A DNA stretch of 64,000 nt from Candidatus Omnitrophota bacterium. Lineage in GTDB: Bacteria; Omnitrophota; Gorgyraeia; Zapsychrales; Zapsychraceae. Within the stretch, counting starts at the first letter, position 1, and every line of letters starts with the position of its first letter. The stretch spans positions 6,560 through 70,559 of the forward strand of contig JACRHP010000009.1 of NCBI GenBank assembly GCA_016212005.1. The letters run 5' to 3'. Below the pieces are notes generated by a model, which saw only the letters and a list, made by a program, of their open reading frames with translations, was not told the DNA's origin and searched no databases. Below, one piece after another: positions 28,772 to 37,956 of this stretch. A program made the position numbers and the translations under genes.

Positions 28772-29605
28772 ATGAAACAATCACAATCAATCGCGCTTTT
28801 TCATCAGAACAAGGTCCGCCGCCATTGGGACGAGGGCAGGGAGCTCTGGTATTTTTCGATTGTGGATGTGGTGCAAATATTGACCGGCTCCACGATCCCA
28901 AGACGATATTGGAGCGATCTTAAAACAAAGCTTCAAGCGGAAGGAAGTGAAGTGTACGAGAAAATCGTACAGTTGAAAATGACCGCTCCGGACGGGAAAC
29001 AAAGAGAAACAGACTGTTTATCCACTGAAGATCTGCTCCGCGTCATCCAGTCCATCCCATCCCCCAAAGCCGAGCCTTTTAAGTTGTGGCTGGCGAAAGT
29101 GGGCTATGAGCGCATCGAAGAAACCGAGGACCCGGAGCTCGCGATGGAACGGGCGATGAAAACCTACCTCAAGAAAGGGTATACCAAAGAATGGATCAAC
29201 CAGCGGCTTAAAAGCATTGAAGTGCGCAAGGAATTGACGGATGAGTGGCAGGAACGGGGCATGAAGGAGGGTTTGGAATACGCGATATTGACCGACGAAA
29301 TCACGAAAGCATGGGCTGACAGGAGCGTCAAAGATTATAAGAAGCTCAAAGGCCTGAAGAAGCAAAACCTGCGCGACAATATGACCAACCTTGAGCTGGT
29401 TTTGAATATGCTGGCTGAGGCCTCCACGGCTGAGATTTCCAGGAAGAAACAGCCGAAAGGTTTGCCGGCCAATAAACAGGTTGCGCGTCAGGGCGGCGCG
29501 GCGGCGGGAAAAGCGCGGGCCGAGATCGAAAAACAAACCGGCGAAAGCGTCATCACCGGCGCGCATGCCCGCGCGCTTCCGGTTGAGAAAACAAAGAAAA
29601 ATTAA
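28772..29605 (+). CDS. Bro-N domain protein (antirepressor-like)
   Basis: WYFSIVDVV..LT, YWSDLK, DGKQRETD, IQSIPSPKAEPFKLWLA, NLRDNMT; start placed at ATG 28772. Confidence 0.88.
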   Translation: MKQSQSIALFHQNKVRRHWDEGRELWYFSIVDVVQILTGSTIPRRYWSDLKTKLQAEGSEVYEKIVQLKMTAPDGKQRETDCLSTEDLLRVIQSIPSPKAEPFKLWLAKVGYERIEETEDPELAMERAMKTYLKKGYTKEWINQRLKSIEVRKELTDEWQERGMKEGLEYAILTDEITKAWADRSVKDYKKLKGLKKQNLRDNMTNLELVLNMLAEASTAEISRKKQPKGLPANKQVARQGGAAAGKARAEIEKQTGESVITGAHARALPVEKTKKN

Positions 29606-29616
29606 CGAAAATTAAA

Positions 29617-29714
29617 GGCGCTTTGGGACACCTGTTCACGAACGTTCGCGGCGCGGCCGCGCTCTTTCCTGACATGCTTTTGGGAGAAGAGCTTGCCAAC
29701 ATGAGAAGAATAGG
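29617..29714 (+). repeat. Direct repeat C copy 2, running into direct repeat D copy 1
   Basis: C at 29617-29697; D TGCCAACATGAGAAGAATAGG at 29694-29714 is identical to 30125-30145. Confidence 0.88.
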
Positions 29715-29873
29715 TCCCCCGGGCGGGGATTGGCAAGCCGCCCTGAAGATCGCCCTATTCCTTCGCGCAAGCGCTGGAAAATTTCTTGACTACCATACAT
29801 ATGTGTTGTACAAAAAATCAATCCCCCAATTCCCCCTTGTTAACCATTTTTAAAAAAGAAAGGGGAAATATCC

Positions 29874-30170
29874 ATGTCCACTGAAACGTACTTAACCAAA
29901 ATTGCAGTTTTCAAAGGAAGAGAGGTCAGGAGGGTTCTTATTGAGGGGAAATGGTGGTTTTCCGTGGTTGATGTTGTTTCCGTATTGACGGACAGTGACA
30001 ATCCGCGCGATTATTGGTACAAGATGAAGATCAGAGAAAAAGACGAGGCGGATGTTCAACTGTCGACAATTTGTCGACAGTTCAAATTGACCGCCCCGGA
30101 TGGCAAGTTGAGAAAGACGAACTGTGCCAACATGAGAAGAATAGGCGCCAGTCACCCGGGCAAGTTTTGA
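29874..30170 (+). pseudogene. Truncated Bro-N domain gene
   Basis: WWFSVVDVV..LTDS.NPRDYW...DGKLRKTNCAN; similarity to the upstream paralogue stops at repeat D copy 2. Confidence 0.75.
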
Positions 30171-30295
30171 GGCCAAAAGGCGAAAAGAAGGGGCGGCGGT
30201 ATGGGTTTTAAGATATCGGACATTTATTGGACAAATAAATCCGTGACAGGGACTAATTTTTGAAGGCCGCGAAGGCCACATAAGTTTGCAAGCCA

Positions 30296-32398
30296 ATGAA
30301 AATTTTACAAATATTGCCTGAATTAAATGTCGGCGGGGTGGAGACCGGGACGGTCGACCTCGCCGGTTATCTGGCGCGGCAGGGACACCAGTCCATCGTC
30401 GTTTCCAACGGCGGAGAGCTTGTCGCCCGGCTTGAGGCCTCGGGCACGAAGCATTACACGCTGCCGGTGCACAAGAAATCTTTATGGACGATGTTCTGGT
30501 CTATCAAGGCGTTGCACAAGATTATCCTTGAGGAAAACGTCGACGTGGTCCATGCCCGCTCGCGCGTGCCCGCCTGGATCGCGTATTTCGCCTGCCGCAA
30601 GACAAAGGCGGCGCTGGTGACGACCTGCCACGGTTATTACGGCAGCCGGGTCTTCAGCCAGGTCATGGGCTGGCCGAAACTGGTCATCGTCCCCAGTGAA
30701 GTCATCGGCCGCCACATGATCGAGCATTTTCGTGTTTCTCCCAGCGGCATCCGGTATATCCCGCGCAGTGTCGATCTCGAACGATTCCGTGTGCCACGAG
30801 CCGATACGGCAGGCAAGTCCTTTTTTACTGTCGTTATTGTCGGGCGCCTGACGCCGCTCAAAGGGCACACCTTTTTTTTGCGGTCCATGGCGAAGGTCAT
30901 CCGCGCGATGCCCAATATCCGCGTCTGGATTGTCGGCGACGCGCCTGCCGGCAAACAGGCGTATAAAGAAGAGCTGCAGCTCTTGATCAAGAGGCTGGGC
31001 ATCCAGGGGCAAGTCGAGTTCCTGGGCAACCGCCGCGACGTGCCGCAGCTGCTGGCGCAGGCGGACGTGCTTGTCCTTTCAACCATCACCCAGGAGGCTT
31101 TCGGCCGGGTGATCCTCGAGGCCCAGGCCGTGGGCGTGCCGGTCGTGGCGACCAAAGTCGGAGGGGTCGTGGATATTATTGAGGACGGCCGCACCGGCCT
31201 CTTGGTCCCGGCGAAAGATATCGACGCCATGGCCAAGGCTGTGACGCGTGTTCTGAACGATAAAAAAACCGCCGCGCAAATGGCTGTGGCTGCGCGGGAA
31301 AAACTCGAGAGAGAATTCACGCTGGAACAGATGGTGTCCCGGACGATCCGGGTCTACGAGGAACTGATGCAGTCCATCAATATCCTGGTCATCAAGATCA
31401 GTTCGATGGGGGACGTGGTCCTCGTCACGGCGGCGTTAAAAGCGCTGCGCGCCCAATATCCTCACGCGAAAATCTATTGTCTGGTGGGCAAAGATTCCAG
31501 AAAAGTCTTGCAAAACTGCCCCCATCTCGACGGCATCATTGTGGATGACCCCAAGAATAAATATAAAGGGTGGTGGCGGACGTTTCTTCTTTCGCATAAG
31601 CTGCGTAAATACCGTTTTGATAAAATCGTGGATTTTCAGAACAACCGCCGCAGCCATCTTTTGGCCTTTTTGAGTTTCTCCAGGGAAAGTTACGGTTACG
31701 ATAACGGGAAATGGGGTAATCTGCTGACGCATCCTTTGAAAATATACCGCAATGATATCCCCGCCGTTGAACATCAATTTCAGCTGTTGAAGGAAATGGG
31801 CATCGCCATGCCGCCGGACGCCGCCCTGGAGCTGTGGCCGTCGGCCAAAGACCGGCAGTATATCCAGGAGTTGCTGGAATCCGAATGGCTGGGCAACATC
31901 CCGCGCATGGTCGGGATCAACATCGCCGCGTCGGAAAAATGGCAGACGAAAAACTGGCCGGTGGAACATATCGCGCGTTTATGCGATCTGCTGGCGGCCA
32001 GGAACATCCGCGTCCTTGTTACCGGCATGGAAAAGGACAGGCCTGTTGTCCAGCGGCTTATGGAAAACACAAGATCCAAACCGGCTGTTTTTGTCGGGCG
32101 CACGGACATCCTGCAACTGGCCGCCCTGATTGGACGCTGCAGCGTCTATATCACGCCGGATTCGGCGCCGCTTCACGTGGCGGCCGCCATGAAAACACCG
32201 CTAGTCGCCTTCTTCGGCCCGACGGATTCGCGCAGACACCGGCCGCCGGCGCGGCATATGGTTGTCCTCGAAAAGAAACTTGCCTGCGCGCCCTGTTACA
32301 GCCCGCGGTGTCTTGTCATGACTCACGCCTGTATGCGTGAGATAACTCCCGATGAAGTCCTCCAGAAGGTTGAAGAACTGATGGGCGCAAAAGTATGA
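30296..32398 (+). CDS. GT4 glycosyltransferase fused to a GT9 heptosyltransferase
   Basis: N-half GGVETG, EAFGRVILEAQA; C-half ILVIKISSMGDVV, DSAPLHVAAA, FGPT. Confidence 0.88.
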   Translation: MKILQILPELNVGGVETGTVDLAGYLARQGHQSIVVSNGGELVARLEASGTKHYTLPVHKKSLWTMFWSIKALHKIILEENVDVVHARSRVPAWIAYFACRKTKAALVTTCHGYYGSRVFSQVMGWPKLVIVPSEVIGRHMIEHFRVSPSGIRYIPRSVDLERFRVPRADTAGKSFFTVVIVGRLTPLKGHTFFLRSMAKVIRAMPNIRVWIVGDAPAGKQAYKEELQLLIKRLGIQGQVEFLGNRRDVPQLLAQADVLVLSTITQEAFGRVILEAQAVGVPVVATKVGGVVDIIEDGRTGLLVPAKDIDAMAKAVTRVLNDKKTAAQMAVAAREKLEREFTLEQMVSRTIRVYEELMQSINILVIKISSMGDVVLVTAALKALRAQYPHAKIYCLVGKDSRKVLQNCPHLDGIIVDDPKNKYKGWWRTFLLSHKLRKYRFDKIVDFQNNRRSHLLAFLSFSRESYGYDNGKWGNLLTHPLKIYRNDIPAVEHQFQLLKEMGIAMPPDAALELWPSAKDRQYIQELLESEWLGNIPRMVGINIAASEKWQTKNWPVEHIARLCDLLAARNIRVLVTGMEKDRPVVQRLMENTRSKPAVFVGRTDILQLAALIGRCSVYITPDSAPLHVAAAMKTPLVAFFGPTDSRRHRPPARHMVVLEKKLACAPCYSPRCLVMTHACMREITPDEVLQKVEELMGAKV

Positions 32399-33486
32399 AT
32401 GTTCTTTTTTTGACAACGCATCTTAACACCGGCGGCATTACCAGTTATCTTTTGACCCTGGCGCGGGGGATGCGCCGCCGGGGCGTTGGCGTCTCTATCG
32501 GCTCAAGCGGCGGTAATATGGAAAATGAATTCCGTTCGGCAGGCGCGACGGTCGTCCCGCTCGCCATCCGCACAAAATCCGAGCTGGACATCCGGATTTA
32601 CGCGTGCCTGCCCCGTTTGAAACGGCTGGTCAGCGACTATAAAATAGATATTATTCACTCTCATACCCGGATCACCCAAGTCATGGGGACATGGCTGTCG
32701 CGCGTGACCGGCGTGCCGTATGTATCCACCTGTCACGGTTTTTTCAAACCACGTCTTGCGCGGCGGCTGTTTCCTTGCTGGGGGGAAGCGGTCATTGCCA
32801 TCAGCGGCCCGGTACGGGACCACCTGCGCGCGGACTTTGGGATCCCGGACGAGAAAATCAGCATAGTCCACAGCGGCGTTGACGTGGAGTTGTATTCTCC
32901 GGTCGATACTCAAGCCGGAATAAAATGGCGGAATAAATATAACCTCGGCGAAGGTCCGGCCCTGGGAATGATCGCCCGTTTCTCGGATGTCAAAGGCCAG
33001 GATATCGCCATCGAGGCGATGCGGACGGTCGTCCAAAGAGTTCCCGGCGCCAAACTCCTTCTGGCCGGAGAAGGAAAAATGGAACAAAAACTTCGCGAAA
33101 TGGTAAAATCGTTCCAACTGGAAAGCCGCGTTATTTTTTGTCCTATTGTAAACCAGACCGCCGGGCTTTTATCGGCGCTGGATATTTTTCTTGTGCCCTC
33201 GCGCCAGGAAGGTCTGGGGCTTTCGATCATGGAAGCGCAGGCGGCCGGGTTGCCGGTGGTGGCTTCCCGGGTGGGAGGGATCCCGGGATTGATCGAACAT
33301 GGCCGTACCGGTATCCTGGTGGAACCGGAAAACCCCGCGGCCCTGGCCGAGGCGGTCATCGTCTTGTGCCGGGACGAACGTCGTCGGGCCGAATTAGGCA
33401 AGGCGGCCAGAGAGTTTGTCCGTAAGAATTATTCCGCTGATGCCATGGTCGCGGCGACGTTGGACTTCTACAAATCGGCAATTTGA
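32395..33486 (+). CDS. GT4 family glycosyltransferase
   Basis: GGITSY, KGQD, EGLGLSIMEAQAAG. Confidence 0.9.
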   Translation: MNVLFLTTHLNTGGITSYLLTLARGMRRRGVGVSIGSSGGNMENEFRSAGATVVPLAIRTKSELDIRIYACLPRLKRLVSDYKIDIIHSHTRITQVMGTWLSRVTGVPYVSTCHGFFKPRLARRLFPCWGEAVIAISGPVRDHLRADFGIPDEKISIVHSGVDVELYSPVDTQAGIKWRNKYNLGEGPALGMIARFSDVKGQDIAIEAMRTVVQRVPGAKLLLAGEGKMEQKLREMVKSFQLESRVIFCPIVNQTAGLLSALDIFLVPSRQEGLGLSIMEAQAAGLPVVASRVGGIPGLIEHGRTGILVEPENPAALAEAVIVLCRDERRRAELGKAAREFVRKNYSADAMVAATLDFYKSAI

Positions 33487-33570
33487 AATGTCCTGTCATT
33501 GTCAATGAAGTAAAAAGGAATTCTTTTTTGGCGTTCCGGCCTGGGTAAAATTTCATGTTGTTAAATTTCA

Positions 33571-33629
33571 TTGACTTATCCCCGCTTCTGTTCTATTTTA
33601 TCGAACAGTTGTATTATCCAATAGAACAG
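33571..33629 (+). promoter_or_regulatory. Promoter with inverted-repeat operator for the second MNT/HEPN pair
   Basis: TTGACT-17 nt-TATTTT; CTGTTCTATT (33588-33597)/AATAGAACAG (33620-33629) plus an inner GAACAG. Confidence 0.55.
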
Positions 33630-33640
33630 GAGATGATCCT

Positions 33641-34267
33641 ATGTTAATCCCGGCCGGAAGGAAAAAAATACTCGAAGTATTCTTAAAAGACCCTTTTAAA
33701 GAGATCCATTTACGGGAACTCTCCCGCCTGTCAAAATCCTCATTGGCTAATGTGGACAACTCAATGCGCTTATTTGTAAAAAACGACATGTTTAAGCGTA
33801 ATGAGATGTCGCATTCCACCTTCTTTAAGCCCAATCTTGAAAATGATGACACCATAAAAATATTCGAACTTTTGGAACTTGAGCGGCGCAAGACATTTTA
33901 CGCGAAGAATAAGAATATCGCCCGCCTGATTAAAAAATACACCGATTCAATTATTGAACTATCCAATAAGCGCATCCAGCTTGTTGTGCTTTTTGGCTCT
34001 GTAGCAAGGGGCGAATGGACAAAGGGAAGCGATATTGACATATTGGCAGTCGTTCCGGACAAGGAAAACGATATCATTGATATATTGAACAAGGCCAAGA
34101 CGGATGTCAGCCCGCTTTTAGAAATAAGGCCGATAAGCACCACAACGAAGAAATTCATTGATGGCTATAAGGCCAAGACTGAGTTTTACGATAATCTCTG
34201 GAAGGATCGCATTGTTTTGTATAACGAATTTCTATTCTGGCAACTTATAAGAGAGGGGGGCAAATAA
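33641..34267 (+). CDS. HTH + minimal nucleotidyltransferase (MntA-like)
   Basis: IHLRELSRLS HTH; LFGSVARG.....SDIDIL. Confidence 0.85.
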   Translation: MLIPAGRKKILEVFLKDPFKEIHLRELSRLSKSSLANVDNSMRLFVKNDMFKRNEMSHSTFFKPNLENDDTIKIFELLELERRKTFYAKNKNIARLIKKYTDSIIELSNKRIQLVVLFGSVARGEWTKGSDIDILAVVPDKENDIIDILNKAKTDVSPLLEIRPISTTTKKFIDGYKAKTEFYDNLWKDRIVLYNEFLFWQLIREGGK

Positions 34268-34268
34268 T

Positions 34269-34766
34269 ATGCCCGAAAATTTGGAGAGGATTTTGCTGGG
34301 GTGTTTTCATCCAAAAGAAGGGAGGCCGAATTTACAGAAGGTGCCGGTCAGCACCGAGCGCGCGCAACTGCACATCGACAAGGCGCATAACAACCTGCGC
34401 GCAATGAAGCTGATGTTCGACAATGACCTCCTTGATTGGACGATCATCTGCGGTTATTACGCGATGTATCACGCGGTTTTAGCTTCTTTGTATAAAATAG
34501 GCGTTCGCGCCACAGCGCACTACTGCGCGCTTGCGGCGTTCAAGGAATTCTATGTCAAACGCGGTAAAGTCAAACCGGAGTTTCTTGCCTACATCAAACG
34601 CGCCAAACAGCTTGAGCAGAAATATTCCGAGTCATTGGACAAGGCTCAAGAGAACAGAGTGGTTGAACAATACGGCGTTGAGATTATCACCAGCGATGAC
34701 GCCGAATGGATTATCGAAGATGCAAAAGACTTTGTGCTGAAGATAGAGGAGATTTTAGCGGAGTAG
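34269..34766 (+). CDS. HEPN domain protein
   Basis: GYYAMYHA..A.L, H, RVVEQYG, AKDFVLKI. Confidence 0.82.
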   Translation: MPENLERILLGCFHPKEGRPNLQKVPVSTERAQLHIDKAHNNLRAMKLMFDNDLLDWTIICGYYAMYHAVLASLYKIGVRATAHYCALAAFKEFYVKRGKVKPEFLAYIKRAKQLEQKYSESLDKAQENRVVEQYGVEIITSDDAEWIIEDAKDFVLKIEEILAE

Positions 34767-34856
34767 ACGCGGATATCGTCGTTAATAAATCTGACGCGCA
34801 ACAGGCGTCTTGTCTTAAGACAGTCTGGATATTCATGTTTGGTTAAAGAATAGACA

Positions 34857-35876
34857 ATGAACCGGATCCTTGTCGTTAATGTCAACTGGCTGGGGGATGT
34901 GATCTTTTCATCACCCGTCTTCAAGGCGCTCAAAGACCATTATCCCCAGGCGAAGATCAGCTGTCTGGCCGCGCCGCGCGTCCGGGAGGTCCTGGAATCT
35001 ATCCCGGCGGTCGATGAGATCATCATTTATGACGAGGAAGGCGAGCATAAGAATTTTTGGGGCAAGTTAAAGCTGATAGGCGTGTTATCTAAGAAACATT
35101 TTGACGCGGCGTTTCTGTTACACCGTTCGTTGACGCGCGCGTTGCTTGTATTTTTGGCCGGAATCCCGCGGCGTATCGGATATGACACCAAAAACCGGAG
35201 CATTTTTTTAACCCGCCGGATTAAAGCCCCAAGCGTCGACAGTCTCCACCGCGTGGATTATTATTTAAATGTGCTGGAGTCCTTCGGGATTCCTGTACGT
35301 GACCGAGTCACTTCTCTGGCCGTCTCCCCAACGGCGGAATCGGAAATTCATAGTATTTTAAAGTCACTGGGGGTTGATGAAAAAGACTACGTGGTCGTTA
35401 TTCACCCCGGAGGAAATTGGAATTTGAAGCGCTGGCCGCCAGCCAATTTTAACCTTTTGATCAGCCAATTGACGCGGGATCCCCGGGTTAAAGTGATCAT
35501 CACCGGGGCTGAATCGGACAAGGGCCTGGCGGATGAAATCACCGCGTCGTTAGCGCGTAAACCGGTCAACCTTGCCGGGAACATCAGCCTCCGGCAACTG
35601 ATCGCGCTCGCCCAACGCGCGGATTGTATGGTTTCCGCGGATTCCGGACCGCTGCACATCGCCAGCAGTGTCGGCACCCCGGTCGTTGGAATTTTCGGCC
35701 CGACCGACCCCGGGATCACGGGTCCGCGCGGCAGCGGGCGGTCCGTCATCTTGCGTTATGATGTCGGTTGCAACCGCAAACCCTGTTATTATTCGCAATG
35801 CCCGGACAACATTTGCATGCAGGCCGTAAGCGTCCAGAAGGTGCTCGATGCTGTCGAACAAATCAAAAATTCGTAA
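34857..35876 (+). CDS. waaF: LPS heptosyltransferase II (GT9)
   Basis: ILVVNVNWLGDVI, KRWP, DSGPLHIA, FGPT. Confidence 0.82.
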   Translation: MNRILVVNVNWLGDVIFSSPVFKALKDHYPQAKISCLAAPRVREVLESIPAVDEIIIYDEEGEHKNFWGKLKLIGVLSKKHFDAAFLLHRSLTRALLVFLAGIPRRIGYDTKNRSIFLTRRIKAPSVDSLHRVDYYLNVLESFGIPVRDRVTSLAVSPTAESEIHSILKSLGVDEKDYVVVIHPGGNWNLKRWPPANFNLLISQLTRDPRVKVIITGAESDKGLADEITASLARKPVNLAGNISLRQLIALAQRADCMVSADSGPLHIASSVGTPVVGIFGPTDPGITGPRGSGRSVILRYDVGCNRKPCYYSQCPDNICMQAVSVQKVLDAVEQIKNS

Positions 35877-36843
35877 GATACTGGTCGTTTCCCTGACGAA
35901 CATCGGCGACGTTATTTTGACCCTGCCGGTCATCGATATCCTTTTAAGGGACTTCCCGGAAGCGAAGCTTTCCGTTGTCGTCAGCCCCAAGGCACAAGCG
36001 CTCCTCAAAGGCAACCACTATTTTCACCGCGTGTACGTTTTTGACAAGCGCCAGCCCTGGTGGAAGACGGTCCCCTGGGTGGTCCATCTTTTGCAAAAAC
36101 GGTTTGACCTGGTCGTGGATTTGCGCAATACGGCCATCCCGTTTTTGATCGCCCCGCGTTACCGCACGCCCGCCGCGCTTGAACAAAAAAACGATGTGCA
36201 CATGAAGCAGAAACATCTCCAGCGTCTTTTGACCGTTTATCATTATGCCGCGGAGTCGGAGGGAAAACAGGCTGTCGTCGTTTCTCCTCAAGACACGGAA
36301 CTCATACATCAGATCATTGAAAATGCGTTTGGAAAAAATCCGTCTTATATCGTTGTGGCTCCAGGCGCCGCTGACCAGACCAAACAATGGCCGGTCCAGG
36401 GGTTCGTTGAAGTTTGTTATCAACTGATGAAGCGTTATAATATCCATTTGGTTTTGGTCGGCGATGAAAATGACCGTGTGGCAGTGAACCGGATCGCGGA
36501 AACGATTGGCCCGGGGGCCCTCAATTTGTGCGGACGCACGACACTCCCGCAGCTGGCCGCGGTCATCCAGCGCGCGCAGCTTGTCCTGGCCAACGACAGC
36601 GCGCCGATGCATTTGGCGAGCTACCTGGATGTCCCCGTGCTGGCGCTCTTTGGCCCGACGGACGCGCGTAAATACGGGCCGTGGGGGGCGAAGGGGCGGT
36701 TTATCCAGCGCAACCAGTTCTGTCCCGCCTGCCAGAACCCCAAAGACGCGCCCCGGCATACGTGCATGGGAACAATAATCACCCAGGATGTCCTGAACGC
36801 GTTTCAATGGGTGCAGGGAAAAGTGGTGTTCAGCCGGGCATGA
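35848..36843 (+). CDS. GT9 family heptosyltransferase
   Basis: ILVVSLTNIGDVIL, NDSAPMHLA, FGPT. Confidence 0.87.
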   Translation: MLSNKSKIRKILVVSLTNIGDVILTLPVIDILLRDFPEAKLSVVVSPKAQALLKGNHYFHRVYVFDKRQPWWKTVPWVVHLLQKRFDLVVDLRNTAIPFLIAPRYRTPAALEQKNDVHMKQKHLQRLLTVYHYAAESEGKQAVVVSPQDTELIHQIIENAFGKNPSYIVVAPGAADQTKQWPVQGFVEVCYQLMKRYNIHLVLVGDENDRVAVNRIAETIGPGALNLCGRTTLPQLAAVIQRAQLVLANDSAPMHLASYLDVPVLALFGPTDARKYGPWGAKGRFIQRNQFCPACQNPKDAPRHTCMGTIITQDVLNAFQWVQGKVVFSRA

Positions 36844-37889
36844 GCAACTACCGCAATATTCTGATCGTACGCACCGACCGTGTGGGCGATGTTGTCCTGA
36901 CCACCCCCGCCATCAAAGCCTTGAAACTGGGCTGGCCTGAAGCGAAAATTTCTATCCTGCTGGCCCCCGCTACCCGGGATTTAGTGGTTGGCAACCCTTA
37001 TCTGGATGAAATCCTGGTGGATGACCGTCAGGGGATCCATCGCGGGCCGTTTGGCTTTTTAAAACTTGTGACATCTTTGCGGCGGCAAAAGTTTGACCTG
37101 GCGGTCATTTACCACACCAAAAAGAGGACCAACCTCGCGTGTTTTTTAGCCGGCATCCCGCGCCGTACCGGTTACCGGAATAACAAGTTCGGTTTTTTGC
37201 TGACCGACCCGATCCCTGATGAACGTCCCCGGGGCCGCAAACATGAAGCTCAATATTGCCTGGACGTCTTGCGTCATCTGGGGGTCCCGGCTGAAGAAAT
37301 TTGTAATAGATCGCCCGAGACTTTAATTGAGGATGTGTATGTCGCCGTCACGCCGCAGGCGAGGGATTGGGCGCAGCGGTTTTGCCGCAATAACGGAATC
37401 CGGGATGACGAACGATTGATCGCCATCCATCCCGGGGCGAGCGACCCGGCCAAGCAATGGCCGCCGGCACAATTCGCGGAATTGATCGACCAGCTTTCCA
37501 GCAGACACTCAACTCCGGTGATGATGATCGGCACCGGTCATGCCGCTGAAGCCGTGCGGCAGATCCTTCCCCGCGTCCGCGCGCCCGTTATCAATTTGAC
37601 CAATAAAACAACGGTTGGACAGATGGCGGCGTTGTTGCAGCGCTGCCGGGTCCTGGTCTCCAATGACTCCGGCCCCGTCCATGTGGCTGCGGGAGTCGGG
37701 GTCCCCGTGGTTTCCATTTTTACCCGTGACCAACCCGGGATCAACCCGGAACGCTGGCAGCCGTTGGGGAAGATCTCCAGAGTCGTTCGCGCCTTACCTT
37801 CATCCGCAACGGCTGGAGCCAAATCAACGGAAGCCATTCCCACACAGGCGGTTTTGGAAGCTGTTGACGCCATATTTAAACTGTGTTAA
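36840..37889 (+). CDS. GT9 family heptosyltransferase
   Basis: ILIVRTDRVGDVVL, NDSGPVHVA; start placed at ATG 36840 (ATGA overlap). Confidence 0.87.
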   Translation: MSNYRNILIVRTDRVGDVVLTTPAIKALKLGWPEAKISILLAPATRDLVVGNPYLDEILVDDRQGIHRGPFGFLKLVTSLRRQKFDLAVIYHTKKRTNLACFLAGIPRRTGYRNNKFGFLLTDPIPDERPRGRKHEAQYCLDVLRHLGVPAEEICNRSPETLIEDVYVAVTPQARDWAQRFCRNNGIRDDERLIAIHPGASDPAKQWPPAQFAELIDQLSSRHSTPVMMIGTGHAAEAVRQILPRVRAPVINLTNKTTVGQMAALLQRCRVLVSNDSGPVHVAAGVGVPVVSIFTRDQPGINPERWQPLGKISRVVRALPSSATAGAKSTEAIPTQAVLEAVDAIFKLC

Positions 37890-37956
37890 AATCAACCTTC
37901 CAATTTTAGGATTTTATAGTTTAATTAATAAACTTATTAAAAAATAAGGTGTCTTT

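Noticed and set aside
29623-29853. 76-aa ORF and the upstream extension of the Bro-N ORF from 28646
   Set aside because: Both are read through repeat C/D or the nested palindrome; no RBS or protein-family signal
28772-30170. Prophage inferred from the Bro-N/antirepressor genes
   Set aside because: No structural, terminase, integrase or replication genes nearby
22162-30274. CRISPR array or integron cassette array
   Set aside because: The repeats occur as unrelated pairs, not one repeat with regular spacers; no cas genes or attC-like R/L boxes
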